From an uncultured Chloroflexia bacterium (GTDB lineage: Bacteria > Chloroflexota > Limnocylindria > Limnocylindrales > CSP1-4): DNA of 64,000 bases. Made by a program: the position numbers and the translations under genes. Below the pieces are notes generated by a model. That model was not told the origin of the DNA. It saw only the letters and a program-made list of their open reading frames with translations, and made no database searches. This document shows, piece by piece, positions 1-10,360 of this stretch. The stretch spans positions 192,001 to 256,000 of the forward strand of contig CAVVCZ010000005.1 in NCBI GenBank assembly GCA_963746845.1, written 5' to 3'. Each line of letters begins with the position of its first letter. Position 1 is the first letter of the stretch.

Positions 1-604
1 CGGGCAGACGGAAGCCACCGCGCGACTGTCCTATCTCCCGCCGGAGCGGGCCCACGACAAGACGGGCTCGATCGGTGTGGCAATCCCCGGCGTCGAGCTC
101 CGCGTCGTGGACGACCAGGCCCGGGAGCTCCCGGCGGATGAGGTCGGCGAGCTCATCGCGCGCGGCGACAACGTGACATCGGGATATCTGGACGAGCCCG
201 AGGAGACGGCCCGGATCCTCCGGGATGGATGGCTCTGGACGGGTGATCTCGCGTCTCGCGACTCGGATGGATTCCTCTACGTGAAGGGCCGCTCCCGGGA
301 GATCCTGAAGATCGGCGGACGCCGGATCAGCCCCACCGAGATCGAGGAGGCGATCGTGCGCGCCCACGACGTGGTGGAGGCCGCGGTTGTCGGGATCCCC
401 GATGCGATCACCGGCGAGGCCCCGGTCGCGTTCGTCGTCCTTCAGCCGGGCGCCTCGCTCGACGAGGCGGATCTCGTCCGGACGTGCCGCGAGCGGCTAC
501 CAGCTCAGCTGGTGCCGCGAACCTTCATCGTCGTCGACGCCCTGCCGCGCAACCCGGCCGGCAAGCTGCTCCGAACCGACCTCGCTCGAACGCTCAGAGG
601 TTGA
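1..604 (+). CDS. Acyl-CoA synthetase / class I adenylate-forming enzyme (5'-partial)
   Basis: Frame is open from base 2: GQTEATARLSYLPP, then GWLWTGDLA, KGRSREILKIGG and LPRNPAGK, all AMP-binding motifs. Confidence 0.9.
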   Translation, partial: GQTEATARLSYLPPERAHDKTGSIGVAIPGVELRVVDDQARELPADEVGELIARGDNVTSGYLDEPEETARILRDGWLWTGDLASRDSDGFLYVKGRSREILKIGGRRISPTEIEEAIVRAHDVVEAAVVGIPDAITGEAPVAFVVLQPGASLDEADLVRTCRERLPAQLVPRTFIVVDALPRNPAGKLLRTDLARTLRG

Positions 605-1721
605 TGGGTCCGTCACCGTCGCCGCGGTTCATGTGGAACCTCCGCAAGTTGCCGGGCACCGGACCGATCAGCGCCTCGAGCGCCGGAGACGCGGCGAACA
701 GGAAGTTCGACGGACCGTCGAGGAACCCATGGCGTCGCAGGCCGGCGACGATCGTCCCGTCCGACTGGTTCGTGACGATCAGATCGACGCGCTCGAGCCG
801 CAGTCGGTCGACGGCCGCGCCGATGACGTCCGTCTCGTAGCCCGGGACTGCGAGCAGGTCCACGATCGAGCCGGTCTTGAGGTTGCCGAAGAGCCGGTCG
901 CCGACCCGCTGCGTCGCCAGGCAGACGGCCCAGCCACGGGGCTTGCCGGCCTCTTCGACGGCGACGCGGAGGAAGGGCAGGCCCCCGTGGTCGTAGAGCC
1001 GTGACACGGCACCGGCGTCGCGGACAGCGGCGAAGCCGAATGCATCCCGGTTGGATCGCCACACCGCGTCGGCACCCTCGCCGATCGACGGCACGTCCCG
1101 GGTCACGACGATGCGAGTGCGCGGGGGGACGGGGGCGCGACGATGCTGGAGGAGCCAGAAGCCGACCGTGCCCGCTCCTGTCGCCGCGGCGGCGTCCGCG
1201 ATGACGCGGCGGCTCCGGGAGGTCCGGACCAGGTTGACCTCGCGAAGGAACTGCGCGGCGTGCTCGACGCGATAGAGGAAGGGGACGGGAGCCATCCCGA
1301 ACCGCGCGCCCTTCAGCAGCTTCGCCGCGGCCTCGTCCATGCCACCGATGCCGAGGGCGTAGAGCAGCGGCTGTCTCCGCAGGGCGTCGCGAAGCAGGCG
1401 CGGACCGACGAGCACGAACCGCCGGTCGATCGTTCCCTCGGAGATCGGCTGCTGGAAGAACGCGATCGAGCAGTCCGCGCCGTACGTGACGGCGTCGAAG
1501 TGCTTCAGCGAGTAGCCGCCCCGGACGTCCTCGCCGTCGACCGCCAGAAACAGCTCCTCGTAGAGACCGCTTCCCTCCAGGCGCTCCAGCGCCATCGGCG
1601 ACTCCCGCAGGAAGCTCCGGATCCCGTAGGCCTCGCTCACGCCACCTGCCCGCATGCGGTCGTTGAAGGCGCGCACAGCCGGAGTGTGATCCGAGTTGTA
1701 GGGAACGATCTGGATCGTCAT
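594..1721 (-). CDS. Hypothetical protein, possibly GNAT-fold acyltransferase of the polysaccharide locus
   Basis: 375-aa ORF with normal composition, 9 nt downstream of the co-oriented deacetylase-like gene; fold call is weak. Confidence 0.6.
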   Translation of the reverse strand: MTIQIVPYNSDHTPAVRAFNDRMRAGGVSEAYGIRSFLRESPMALERLEGSGLYEELFLAVDGEDVRGGYSLKHFDAVTYGADCSIAFFQQPISEGTIDRRFVLVGPRLLRDALRRQPLLYALGIGGMDEAAAKLLKGARFGMAPVPFLYRVEHAAQFLREVNLVRTSRSRRVIADAAAATGAGTVGFWLLQHRRAPVPPRTRIVVTRDVPSIGEGADAVWRSNRDAFGFAAVRDAGAVSRLYDHGGLPFLRVAVEEAGKPRGWAVCLATQRVGDRLFGNLKTGSIVDLLAVPGYETDVIGAAVDRLRLERVDLIVTNQSDGTIVAGLRRHGFLDGPSNFLFAASPALEALIGPVPGNLRRFHMNRGDGDGPINL

Positions 1722-1730
1722 CGACGCTGC

Positions 1731-2669
1731 TCAGGTCGACCCGGTGGTCAGCTTGCTCCTCAGCCACCGCCGTTCCAGACTCCGCCGCTGGCCAGGGCTG
1801 AGGACGGCCGCTCCCCGTTCCCCGCGGACATGATCGAGGAGCGTGGCGACCGGGACGAACCAGCCGTTCCGGCCGGCGAGCCGCTCCATCAGCATCCGGA
1901 ACCGCGCGTCCAGGACGCCGTCGACCACAAAGCCCGCCGCCAGGTGGGTGTACATGATGCAGGCGCCGCCGCTCGCCTCCAGGCGGTCGATGTTCGCCTC
2001 GGTGATGCGCTCGTTGAAGGCGGCCAGGTTCCGGCCCTCGGTCGCGGCGAACCAGGAGTTGACGTAGGGACGCGCCGGATCGTGGTACGGCATCAACGGA
2101 CAGGCAGCGAGGGTATCGATGTCCGTGAACGTGAAATTCCTGACGTAGGTCACGCGCTCCCGGCAGATATCGCCCCAGAAGAGCGGGTCTCCCTCGCGTT
2201 CGCCCCGGAAGGTGTCCCGGTTCCTGAAGAAGGTCAGGAAGTTGTAGGCAAGGCGGTTGACACCGGTGACGCGATTCGCGCCCCAGTAGATGGATTCCTC
2301 GCAGCCGGTGTGGTTCGCGAGCGTGCGTGGATCGTGTCCGTAGATCTCCCGGAACCGATCCATTGCCTCGATGACTCGCTCTCGCCCGGAGGTGCTGAAC
2401 GTCGCACCGTGAGAGCTGATCTCGAAGCCTTTCGCCTGGAGCTCGAGCGTCCACGCTCGGTACTCGGGCTCGTCACAGGTGGAACCGCTGAAGTCCGGCT
2501 CCCCGTCACCACGAACGGCCCAGACGGTCTTGGTCGTCCGGAACCCGAGATCGAACAGGAGGTCGTAGACGGGGCGGAGGCCCTCGACGGTCGCCAGATC
2601 GGTGTCGTCGAAGATCGTGAACGCGAAGCCCCGTCCCTCGGGCCACCGGATCCCACCATCCCCCGACAC
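1731..2669 (-). CDS. Polysaccharide deacetylase-like (NodB/CE4-like) protein
   Basis: FTIFDDTD, EISSHG and IMYTH motifs; GAGGAGG SD just upstream of GTG 2669. Confidence 0.75.
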   Translation of the reverse strand: MSGDGGIRWPEGRGFAFTIFDDTDLATVEGLRPVYDLLFDLGFRTTKTVWAVRGDGEPDFSGSTCDEPEYRAWTLELQAKGFEISSHGATFSTSGRERVIEAMDRFREIYGHDPRTLANHTGCEESIYWGANRVTGVNRLAYNFLTFFRNRDTFRGEREGDPLFWGDICRERVTYVRNFTFTDIDTLAACPLMPYHDPARPYVNSWFAATEGRNLAAFNERITEANIDRLEASGGACIMYTHLAAGFVVDGVLDARFRMLMERLAGRNGWFVPVATLLDHVRGERGAAVLSPGQRRSLERRWLRSKLTTGST

Positions 2670-2859
2670 ATCATCCTCCTCGCCGAGACGGCGATCATCC
2701 TTTCCTGTCATTGGTGTGAGCGATGCGCATGGGACAAGTCGAGATCCCGGGCCATCCGATGCCCCCACGCTACACGACCACGCGCGCCCGATGCTGCTCA
2801 CCTCTTCATCGCGCGCGTCACTCGCGGTGTCGGCGGGCACCAAGGCGGCGACTCGTCGT

Positions 2860-4188
2860 TCACGCCGGATCGTCCTCGGCGGCCGACTGGGTCCCCAAAC
2901 GGGCCCCGTGGCTCGTGATCGCGCGCCACGATGCGAGGCCGTACACGATGTAGGTCAGGCAGCCGGCGACGCTGAATGCGGCCACCGATCCCAGCGGCGC
3001 CAATCCCGCGCGGACGGTGATCAGCGCGGCCGCGCCCACGAACACCAGGCGAAGCACCTCCCGGATCAGGTGGAGGTCCTGCCGCTCGAGGACGTCGAGC
3101 GTGCCACCGGTGGGGCTGGTCACCAGCTGGAGGTAGAACATCGGCGAAAGCAGCGCGACGTACAGGCCGGCGTCGTGCCAGGCAGCGCCGAAGATCAGAC
3201 TCGCGAACAGCGGGGCGAGGATCGCGAGGAGCAGGAACGGCCCGGCGGCGAGAACCGCCAACGCTCGCGTCGTCCGCCCGAACATCGTCCGCAGCGACGC
3301 CGGCTCTTCGCGTGCCATGCGGGCGGTCTCCGCCACGAACACCTGTGACACCGCCACGGCGATCAGGGACACGGGGAGCGCTGCGACGCGCACGGCGAGC
3401 GCGTACTGGCCGCCGACGGCAGCACCGAAGATCGCGACGAGCAACAACAGCGGCGCCTGTTCGCCGAGCGTATTGAGGAGCGCCGAGCCGCTCGAGAAGA
3501 TCGGGAAGCGGCGATACCGGCTCGCGGCGTAGCGCACGCCTCGCCAGGTCACCCGGCGGAACGCGTCGGCGTGGGTCCGCCAGGCGGAGGAAGCAAGGCG
3601 TGTCGACCCGACGGAGTTGCCGATCACCGACCCGAGGAGCATGCCGAGGGCGCCCATCCGCGCGACGCCGAGCACGATCTGGACGCCGACGAGCGCGCCG
3701 CTCTGGATCAGGCGGTTCGCCCCGATTTCGCCGAACTTCTTCGTCCGGATCGCCCACCCCGTGAACGCCAGCACGACGCCCGCGCCGAGCTGGCCGAAGG
3801 CGATCAGGAACGCCCACGGCCCGAGGATGGCCGCTCCGAGGGGACCGAGGATCGCCGTCCCGAGGAACCAGAGGGTGACCAGCGACACGGCGCTCATCGC
3901 GATCGCGACGACGAGGCACAGGACAAGCACGTGCGCCGCGGCGACGTCGTCCTCCGGGAGCGGGATCGCCCACTCGTACCGCAGGCACGTCACGACGATC
4001 AGGAGGGACAGGATCGCGCTCGCGACCGAGTAGGCACCAACTTCGCTCGGCGAGTAGAGCCGCGTGATGATCGGGGCGCTCGCCGCGACGATGATCTGGG
4101 CGATCGTGGCGGCACCCACGAGCGTCACGACGCCCTTCCTCAGCTCGCCGCCGGACAGCCTGCGACGAAGCTCCGCGATCATCGCCAT
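2860..4188 (-). CDS. Wzx-type oligosaccharide flippase
   Basis: Many TM segments; PIITRLYSPSEVG, LRYEWAIPLP and YRRFP are typical MOP/Wzx motifs. Confidence 0.9.
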   Translation of the reverse strand: MAMIAELRRRLSGGELRKGVVTLVGAATIAQIIVAASAPIITRLYSPSEVGAYSVASAILSLLIVVTCLRYEWAIPLPEDDVAAAHVLVLCLVVAIAMSAVSLVTLWFLGTAILGPLGAAILGPWAFLIAFGQLGAGVVLAFTGWAIRTKKFGEIGANRLIQSGALVGVQIVLGVARMGALGMLLGSVIGNSVGSTRLASSAWRTHADAFRRVTWRGVRYAASRYRRFPIFSSGSALLNTLGEQAPLLLLVAIFGAAVGGQYALAVRVAALPVSLIAVAVSQVFVAETARMAREEPASLRTMFGRTTRALAVLAAGPFLLLAILAPLFASLIFGAAWHDAGLYVALLSPMFYLQLVTSPTGGTLDVLERQDLHLIREVLRLVFVGAAALITVRAGLAPLGSVAAFSVAGCLTYIVYGLASWRAITSHGARLGTQSAAEDDPA

Positions 4189-4225
4189 GAATCCATTGTG
4201 GCTGACCGCGTGGGGGCGAGCCCCT

Positions 4226-5175
4226 TCAGTACCAGGAGTTCCCCCCGGCGTCGATCAACGGGGGCCGAATGTCCGGCGGGTTGGTGCTTCCGGTGGAGCG
4301 GTTGCCGCGAAGGAAGCCCGCCGCGTTGCCATCGCTGGTGACCGGATAGTCGCAATCGGAGATCGTCCAATCCTCGACTCGGAGCCCCGTCACTCCACCG
4401 TAGAGCGTCATTGCCGACTTCGCTCCGCTGATTGTCCAGCGCAGGGCAGTCACGCTCCTGGCCTGGGGATCATGGTATGTCTGGAGTCCACCGACGGTTC
4501 GGCCGCTTGATGCGCCGACGTCCCAGTCATTGAACGTGAGATTGCTCCCGGCGTGAACCCCGTCGCTCGAGACGTAGACCTGCCAGCTCAGCCAGCCGGG
4601 AGCGACCCCACTGATGTTTCGTGTCGTGAACGCATCGAACGCGACGTGGTCCGCCCAGGCGGTGCTGATCAACCCGACTTGTCCGAGTTGGTAGTTCTGG
4701 ATCGTGAAGCTCCCGCCGGTTCCCGCCGGATCGAAGGTGATGTAGTCGGTGACCGTCGTTGCCGCGACGTACCCCGGGCCCCAGCCAACATGGAAGAGCC
4801 CGTCCCCGGTGGTGCCGCCGGTGTCGTCCCAGACGACCTGCGCGCCCGGCGCGGGCCGAACGAGCAGGGGTCGGGCAGCTCGACTGTGGGCGAACCGCAG
4901 GTGCCAGCCGCGGTAGGTCCCGCCTTCCATCTCGATCACGTCGACGCTCATGTCGCCGAGCAGCGCGTCGAACTGTTCCTGGCTCTCGTCCGGAGCGAAC
5001 CGGACGATCGTTGGCGAGAGCACCGGGCCCCCGGTTGGAGCGCTCGACCCGGAAGCGGGACCGGGCGCCGGGACGGCGAGGCGGTGTCGGTTCTCGGTGC
5101 CAACCCTCCACGCAACGCAAGCGCCGAGACCACCACAACTGCGGCCGCCAGGAGGATCAGCGCGCGACGGCCCAC
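4226..5175 (-). CDS. Secreted/anchored beta-helix-like protein, paralog A (apparent 1-nt deletion at ~5071)
   Basis: Hydrophobic N-terminus VGRRALILLAAAVVVVSALAL lies in a different frame from the body; restoring one base in the G-run at 5070-5072 joins them and matches paralog B; TACTCT -10 box 7 nt before GTG 5175; ends DAGGNSWY. Confidence 0.65.
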
Positions 5176-5313
5176 GGGACCAAGAGTACCCGCGGCCGGC
5201 GGTCCCACGCTGCCGGGCCGAGCCCGGCCCGTCTCTGGCCGACATCGTGCGCTTCGTCCGCGCGTCGTCCCGGAGGCGCCCGAAAGCGCCTGGGAGGCAC
5301 TCGGGAACCTTGG

Positions 5314-5442
5314 TGAAGGTCACGCTTCCGAGGCGGCGAGGGCCTGGCCACGCGCTTCCAACGCCGATCCGACGGCTGGTTCACGGGAACCCGAGGTCGC
5401 GTCCGACGTCTGGCGGCCGGCCAAGGCGAGAAGGACAAGTCC
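5314..5442 (-). repeat. Degenerate duplicate of 6482-6610 (3' end of Wzz-like gene plus start region of paralog B)
   Basis: Minus strand reads LVLLALAGRQTSDATSGSREPAVGSALEARG, versus LVLLAMAGGQKRDATSDFREPAVGSASEARG in the intact gene. Confidence 0.85.
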
Positions 5443-5470
5443 ACTCAGCTCGAGCCGAGGCTGGTCGCGG

Positions 5471-6494
5471 TCAGCGCCAGGTGTTGCCGCCCATGTCGGT
5501 GATCCGGCCGAGGATCACGCCGCGACCGACCGAGCCGCTCGTCGCGGAGTTCGGAGACGGTGCCCGTGTTGTCGGACCCGAAGTCCATGGCCACGCCGGT
5601 GGCGTGACCGGAGTCCGACACCCGCCAGCCGCTGATCTTGACGCCGGTGGTGTGGTTGCGGATGACCATCGCCCAGTTGGCGTCGGCGACCGTCCAGTTG
5701 CGGGCGGTGACGTTGTAGACCGAGGCACCCGAGCCGCCGGTGTAGACATGCAGCCCGTTGAGCCCGTGGGCGGCGCCGGCCACGTCGGACGCCTGGACGT
5801 GGGCGATGTCGAAGTCGTCGAACACCAGGTCGTGCGAGCCGCGCGAGACGTAGACCACGTGGGACGCCTTGCTGCTGCTCTCCGAGTTGGCGGCCACGTT
5901 CCGGACAGTGACGCAGTCGGCGGTGATGAAGCTCGACCCGATGACCAGGAACAGCCCGGTCTGGGCGAGCAGGTAGTGCGAGAAGACGAACCGGCCGGGG
6001 CAGCCGTCGAAGGTGATGTGCCTGGCGCCCGACAGGTAGAACGCCGGGTGGCCGTAGTCGCCGTCCTTGGCCGCGTCGAAGGTCACCGTCGCGCCCGGTG
6101 CGGCCCGGATCACGAGCGGCGTCTTCCGGCTGATCCGGGCATCCCGCCAGCCGTGGTACACACCGCCGGCCATCTCGATCACGTCGATGCTCTTGTCGCC
6201 AAGCAGCGCCTCGAACTGTTCCTGGGTCTCATCCGGACCGAACCGGACGATCGTCGGCAACGGCAGAGGGGCCGCGGTTGGAGCGCTCGACCCGGAAGCG
6301 GGAAAGGCCACCGACGGCGCCGAGGACACGTCGACGACCGGGGACGGCGAGGCGACCGGGGACGGCGAGGCGACCGGGGACACGTCGGGGGCCGGGGACG
6401 GCGAGCCCGTGTTGGTTCTCGGTGCCACCCCGCAACCCCACGCCAGCGCCGCCACCGCGACAACTCCGGCCACCCGGATGATGGTGAACGTCAC
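5471..6494 (-). CDS. Lipoprotein beta-helix-like protein, paralog B (apparent 1-nt insertion at 5552)
   Basis: Lipobox-like ALAWGC and SPSP linker; body nearly identical to 25738-26450; removing the extra C at 5552 restores the ending ...ITDMGGNTWR at 5471. Confidence 0.75.
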
Positions 6495-6515
6495 GCTTCC
6501 GAGGCGACGGGGCGC

Positions 6516-7286
6516 CTAGCCGCGTGCTTCCGAAGCCGATCCGACCGCGGGTTCACGGAAATCCGAGGTCGCGTCCCGTTTCTGCCCGCCGGCCATTGCG
6601 AGCAGGACGAGTCCATAGGCGATGCCGACGGCGAGGCCGGCTGCAGCCCCGAACAAGACTGCGGTCGATGGCTTCGGCGAGGTGGGTCCCGTCGGTGCAA
6701 TGGCGTCGCTCACGACCGACACCGATGTTGGCGCGTAGGACAGCTGGAGCGAAAGCAGGCTCGCTCGGGCACTCAGCAGCGTGGTGAGCTGGCTCTGGAG
6801 CGCGGGAAGTGCGGACTGCGGGGCGGCGGCGATCGCGGCCTCGGTTCGCGAGATTTCGTCGTGGACGGTCGACAGGTCGGCGGCGATTTCGGCCCCGGCA
6901 TCCTGCGAGTAACCGGTGACCGCGGGCGCAAGCTTGACCAGCTCTGCCGCGATGGCGTTCGCGATCTGGGCGGCTCGGTCGGGATCGGCATTCTGGACGA
7001 TGATCGTCAGCAGGGAGCTCGTCTTGCTTGCCTGCCCGACAACCTGCCCGGCGAGGCTGTCGACGCTGTCCGGGATGTGAAGGGTGCTCGCGACTCTCTC
7101 GAGAACAGTCCGACTCTGGGCGAGATCCGCGAAGGTGTCTCCTGCGGTCGCGGCCACGAGGACGGACCTGGCTTCGTACGTCTTCGGGAGGTTGCTCGCC
7201 ACGAGGTAGGCGGCAACGGCCCCAACGATGCCGCAGACCACCGCCAGGACAACGATCGTTCGATAGTGCTGGAAGGCAGCTCGCAT
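6516..7286 (-). CDS. Wzz/CpsC-like chain-length determinant
   Basis: N-terminal TM then PKTYEA; coiled-coil middle; Pro-rich APTGPTSPKP then C-terminal TM. Start may be 7322. Confidence 0.8.
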   Translation of the reverse strand: MRAAFQHYRTIVVLAVVCGIVGAVAAYLVASNLPKTYEARSVLVAATAGDTFADLAQSRTVLERVASTLHIPDSVDSLAGQVVGQASKTSSLLTIIVQNADPDRAAQIANAIAAELVKLAPAVTGYSQDAGAEIAADLSTVHDEISRTEAAIAAAPQSALPALQSQLTTLLSARASLLSLQLSYAPTSVSVVSDAIAPTGPTSPKPSTAVLFGAAAGLAVGIAYGLVLLAMAGGQKRDATSDFREPAVGSASEARG

Positions 7287-7596
7287 CTTCTTGACTTGAA
7301 CCTCTCGAACTCGTGGACTCATCCGTTTCTCGGGCGTCCCACTATATCTCTCGAACGTCCGGCGGCCTTCCGGCGACTCCGACCATCCCATTCGGAGGGC
7401 CGGACGGCAACCTCGCCCTCGCTCGTGGTGCCGTCTTGCCAGGCTCGGCAGTATCCTCTCTCGGACGCGCCGTCGACCACCGAAGCGATGGGCGATGGTG
7501 CGTGCGCGCAAGGCTCATGCCGTCAGTGGCGGGATCTTCTGTACCCAGTGAGCATTCGAGTGCTTTGGACCAACCGCAAGAACCACCGGCCGATCG

Positions 7597-9133
7597 ATGA
7601 CGTCCGTTGACAGCGGCGACCGCCTGGCGGTCAGGCCGCTGTCCAGATGGAAGTCCGCGATTCTCATCGCGGTTGTCACGGCCCTCGCCATCGCCGCTGC
7701 GGCGATCGCCGGCGCCGTCGTCGCCGGAGCCCGGCTTGGCGACCGCCGACTGCTGGTCGTCCTGGCCGTCGGCACCGCGCTCGGTGTTCTGGCGCTTGCC
7801 CGACGTGACCGGCTCCTCGTGGCGCTCGGCGCGTTTGCCTACGTGGCGGCGCTGCACGCCGTGTACGTCCTGCAAATCGCGCCGAACTGGGGATACGCGG
7901 GTCTGGTCGATCCCGCGGCGGATCCACTCGCTGTCGTGATCGTCTCGCTCCTCGCCGTGGCGCCGGTACCGTTTCTCCCACTCACTGCCCGCCGCCCCTC
8001 AGAGGTCGTGATCTGGATCCTCTATCTCGTCGGCTTTGTCCCGACGATGATCATGCCCCTGTACGTCCTGTACGGAGACCTCGGCCGGGTGAGTCCCCTC
8101 CTCCTGCTCGTCGCAGTCGCCTTCGGGCTCCTCCTCGTGGTGCCTCGCCTGCCACTGCTCTCGATTGGGGTGGCGCGCATCTCGGTACAACGTTTCGACC
8201 GCGCGCTGGTTGCGGCGGCGTGTCTCTGCATCGCGTTCCTGATCGCGTTCTTCGGCGTACCCACGGGGATCCCGGACTTCACGAGCCGTCTACGACGCCC
8301 GCGCGGACTTCGCGGCCACCCAGATCAGCGTTCCGTTCGGCGGCTATGTCTCAGCGTGGGCGGGCAACGTGATCTTTCCGATGCTGATCGCACTCGGTGT
8401 CGCCCGGCCTCGATGGAGATACCTGGCACTCGGGATCGCCGGCGAGTTCCTGCTGTATGTCCTCCAGGGATCGAAGGCCTCGCTGTTCCTCATCCCGCTC
8501 GTCCCGCTCGTCGCCGTGGCGATCCGCCTGGGTCGTCGGCGGTTCGGTCCCCTGGTGATCTGGGGCGGCGTTGCGATGGTGCTCGTGGCGGCCGCGTTGA
8601 CGGCGCTGATGGACTCGCCGTGGCCGTTGGCCCTGAGCGTCGTCCGGTTGATCGCCCTGCCCGGCCAGTTGACCGCGGACTACTTCGACTACTTCAGCAC
8701 CCACGCCCCCTATCTGCTCTCCCACAGCATTCTCCGCGGGTTCGTTGATGCCCCGTATCCGGTGGATCCGCCGTTCCTGATCGGGGCGGCTTACCTGCAC
8801 CACGTGGTCGACGCGAATGCGAGCTTCTGGGCGGACTCGATTGCCAACTTCGGCCTGGCCGGGATCATTCCCTTCACGGCGATCCTCGGGGCCATCCTGT
8901 GGCTGCTCGATGTGGTCGCCGCGAAGAAGTCGTTGGTGATCGTCGGGCCGGCGATCGCGATCTTCGCCCTCACCCTGTCGAACGGCGCGCTGCTGACGGC
9001 GGTCCTCACGAATGGGATCGGTCTGGCGCTGCTGCTCGTCTACCTCCTCCCGCCGGGGCAATCCGAAACACCGGAGCCGGCCGGCGTGGTGGCGGCCCAC
9101 GGTGGGCCGCTGGAGGTGGGAGCCGGCGGCTGA
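7597..9133 (+). CDS. Wzy-like polysaccharide polymerase (apparent 1-nt insertion at ~8287)
   Basis: Two consecutive multi-TM ORFs; removing one C at 8286-8287 gives GIPDFTS-VYDARADF...GNVIFP; ANASFWADSIANFG in the C-terminal half. Confidence 0.7.
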
Positions 9134-9203
9134 TCACGTCACTGGACGTGGCGGCATGCCCAGCAGCGGCCGGTCAGCCTGCGGGCTCGGCTACCATGCG
9201 TCG

Positions 9204-10208
9204 ATGACCGACCTGCCGTCGAAGCCGCGCGTGACGCTCGTGATCGCGATGCTCAACGAGGCCGCCGCCATCGGCCCATGCCTCGCCTCGATCGCCGCCC
9301 AGGACTATCCGCCGGAGTTGCTCGAGGTCCTCGTCTACGACGGCGGTTCGACGGACGGTTCGGTCGAGATCGCCGGGCGGATCGCTGCGGAGCACCCGGG
9401 CTGGGCCGTCCGGCCGAACCCGCGGAGGATCCCGGGGGCCGCGTGGAACGCCGGGATCCAGGCCGCCACGGGCGACGTCGTCGGGATCGTCAGCGGACAC
9501 GCCGAGCTCGGCTCGGGCTACGTCGCGAGCGCGGTCCGCGCCCTGCGTGAGACGGGCGCGGACATGGTCGGCGGACCCGTGCGGGCGATCGGCGAGACGC
9601 CGGTCGGCCGGGCGGTGGCGATCGCGGTGAGCACCCCGTTCGGAGCCGGCGGAGCGCGCCACCGCTACCAGCTGACCGAGCGCGCCGTCGTCGACACGGT
9701 CTTCATGGGGATCTGCCGACGGTCGACCTGGCTCCGCTTCCCGTTCGACGAGTCCCTGATCCGCAACGAGGACGACGAGCTCAGCTACCGGCTCCTCGAC
9801 ACGGGCGGCGTGATCGTCTGTGATCCGGCGATCGAGAGCCGCTACCGGAGCCGCTCGACCGTGCGATCGCTGTGGCACCAGTACTTCGACTACGGGAAGT
9901 GGAAGGTCCCCGTCCTGCGCGCCCATCCACGGCAGGTCCGCCTTCGCCACCTCGCCCCGCTCGGCCTCGTGGCGACGGTGGCCGCGACGGGGACGCTCGG
10001 TCTCGTCTGGCCCGCCGCCCGTCGCCTCGCCGCGCTGGAGGTGCTCGTCTACGGCGCCGCCACCGTGGCGGCCGCCGTCCTCTACCGGGATCCCGAGCAG
10101 CCCGACAGCCTGCCGCTCCTGCTGCTCGTCTACCCGACGCTCCATGTTTCGTACGGGCTCGGCATGGCGGCAGGCCTCGCGCGACCGCCCGGTCGATCCG
10201 GCGCCTGA
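9204..10208 (+). CDS. Glycosyltransferase family 2 (ExoA-like), copy 1
   Basis: VYDGGSTDGS, SGHA and RNEDDEL motifs; TACCAT -10 box 6 nt before ATG 9204. Confidence 0.9.
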   Translation: MTDLPSKPRVTLVIAMLNEAAAIGPCLASIAAQDYPPELLEVLVYDGGSTDGSVEIAGRIAAEHPGWAVRPNPRRIPGAAWNAGIQAATGDVVGIVSGHAELGSGYVASAVRALRETGADMVGGPVRAIGETPVGRAVAIAVSTPFGAGGARHRYQLTERAVVDTVFMGICRRSTWLRFPFDESLIRNEDDELSYRLLDTGGVIVCDPAIESRYRSRSTVRSLWHQYFDYGKWKVPVLRAHPRQVRLRHLAPLGLVATVAATGTLGLVWPAARRLAALEVLVYGAATVAAAVLYRDPEQPDSLPLLLLVYPTLHVSYGLGMAAGLARPPGRSGA

Positions 10209-10315
10209 CCGGGTTGCCGGCGTCGCGGCGGTCTCGGTACGCGAGCAGCCGGGACGGCATGAAGCAATCGCCCTATAGCCGGTCCCGGACCCCTCGGGGG
10301 CCGAGGATCATTGGG
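10205..10315 (-). pseudogene. Degenerate inverted remnant of the 5' end of gene 13968-14804
   Basis: Minus strand reads MILGPRGVRDRL*GDCFMPSRLLAYRD, versus MIPGPRAVWDRLYGDFLMPSRLPAYRD; TAC has become TAG. Confidence 0.8.
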
Positions 10316-10360
10316 CGCGGTCTTCGCTCCCGGGGCTTCGCCGGCAGCTGCCGCACGGCG

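Noticed and set aside
4226-4260. Beta-helix ending GGNSW(R/Y) as the same signal as the peptide ending AGxRW
   Set aside because: Only Gly and Trp match; DxGGN more plausibly forms a structural cap, and nothing else supports a link.
4950-7610. Long antisense ORFs such as 4950-7610, 11572-13824, 37374-39881 and 41316-43796
   Set aside because: They are shadow frames of real genes in high-GC DNA with no recognisable motifs.
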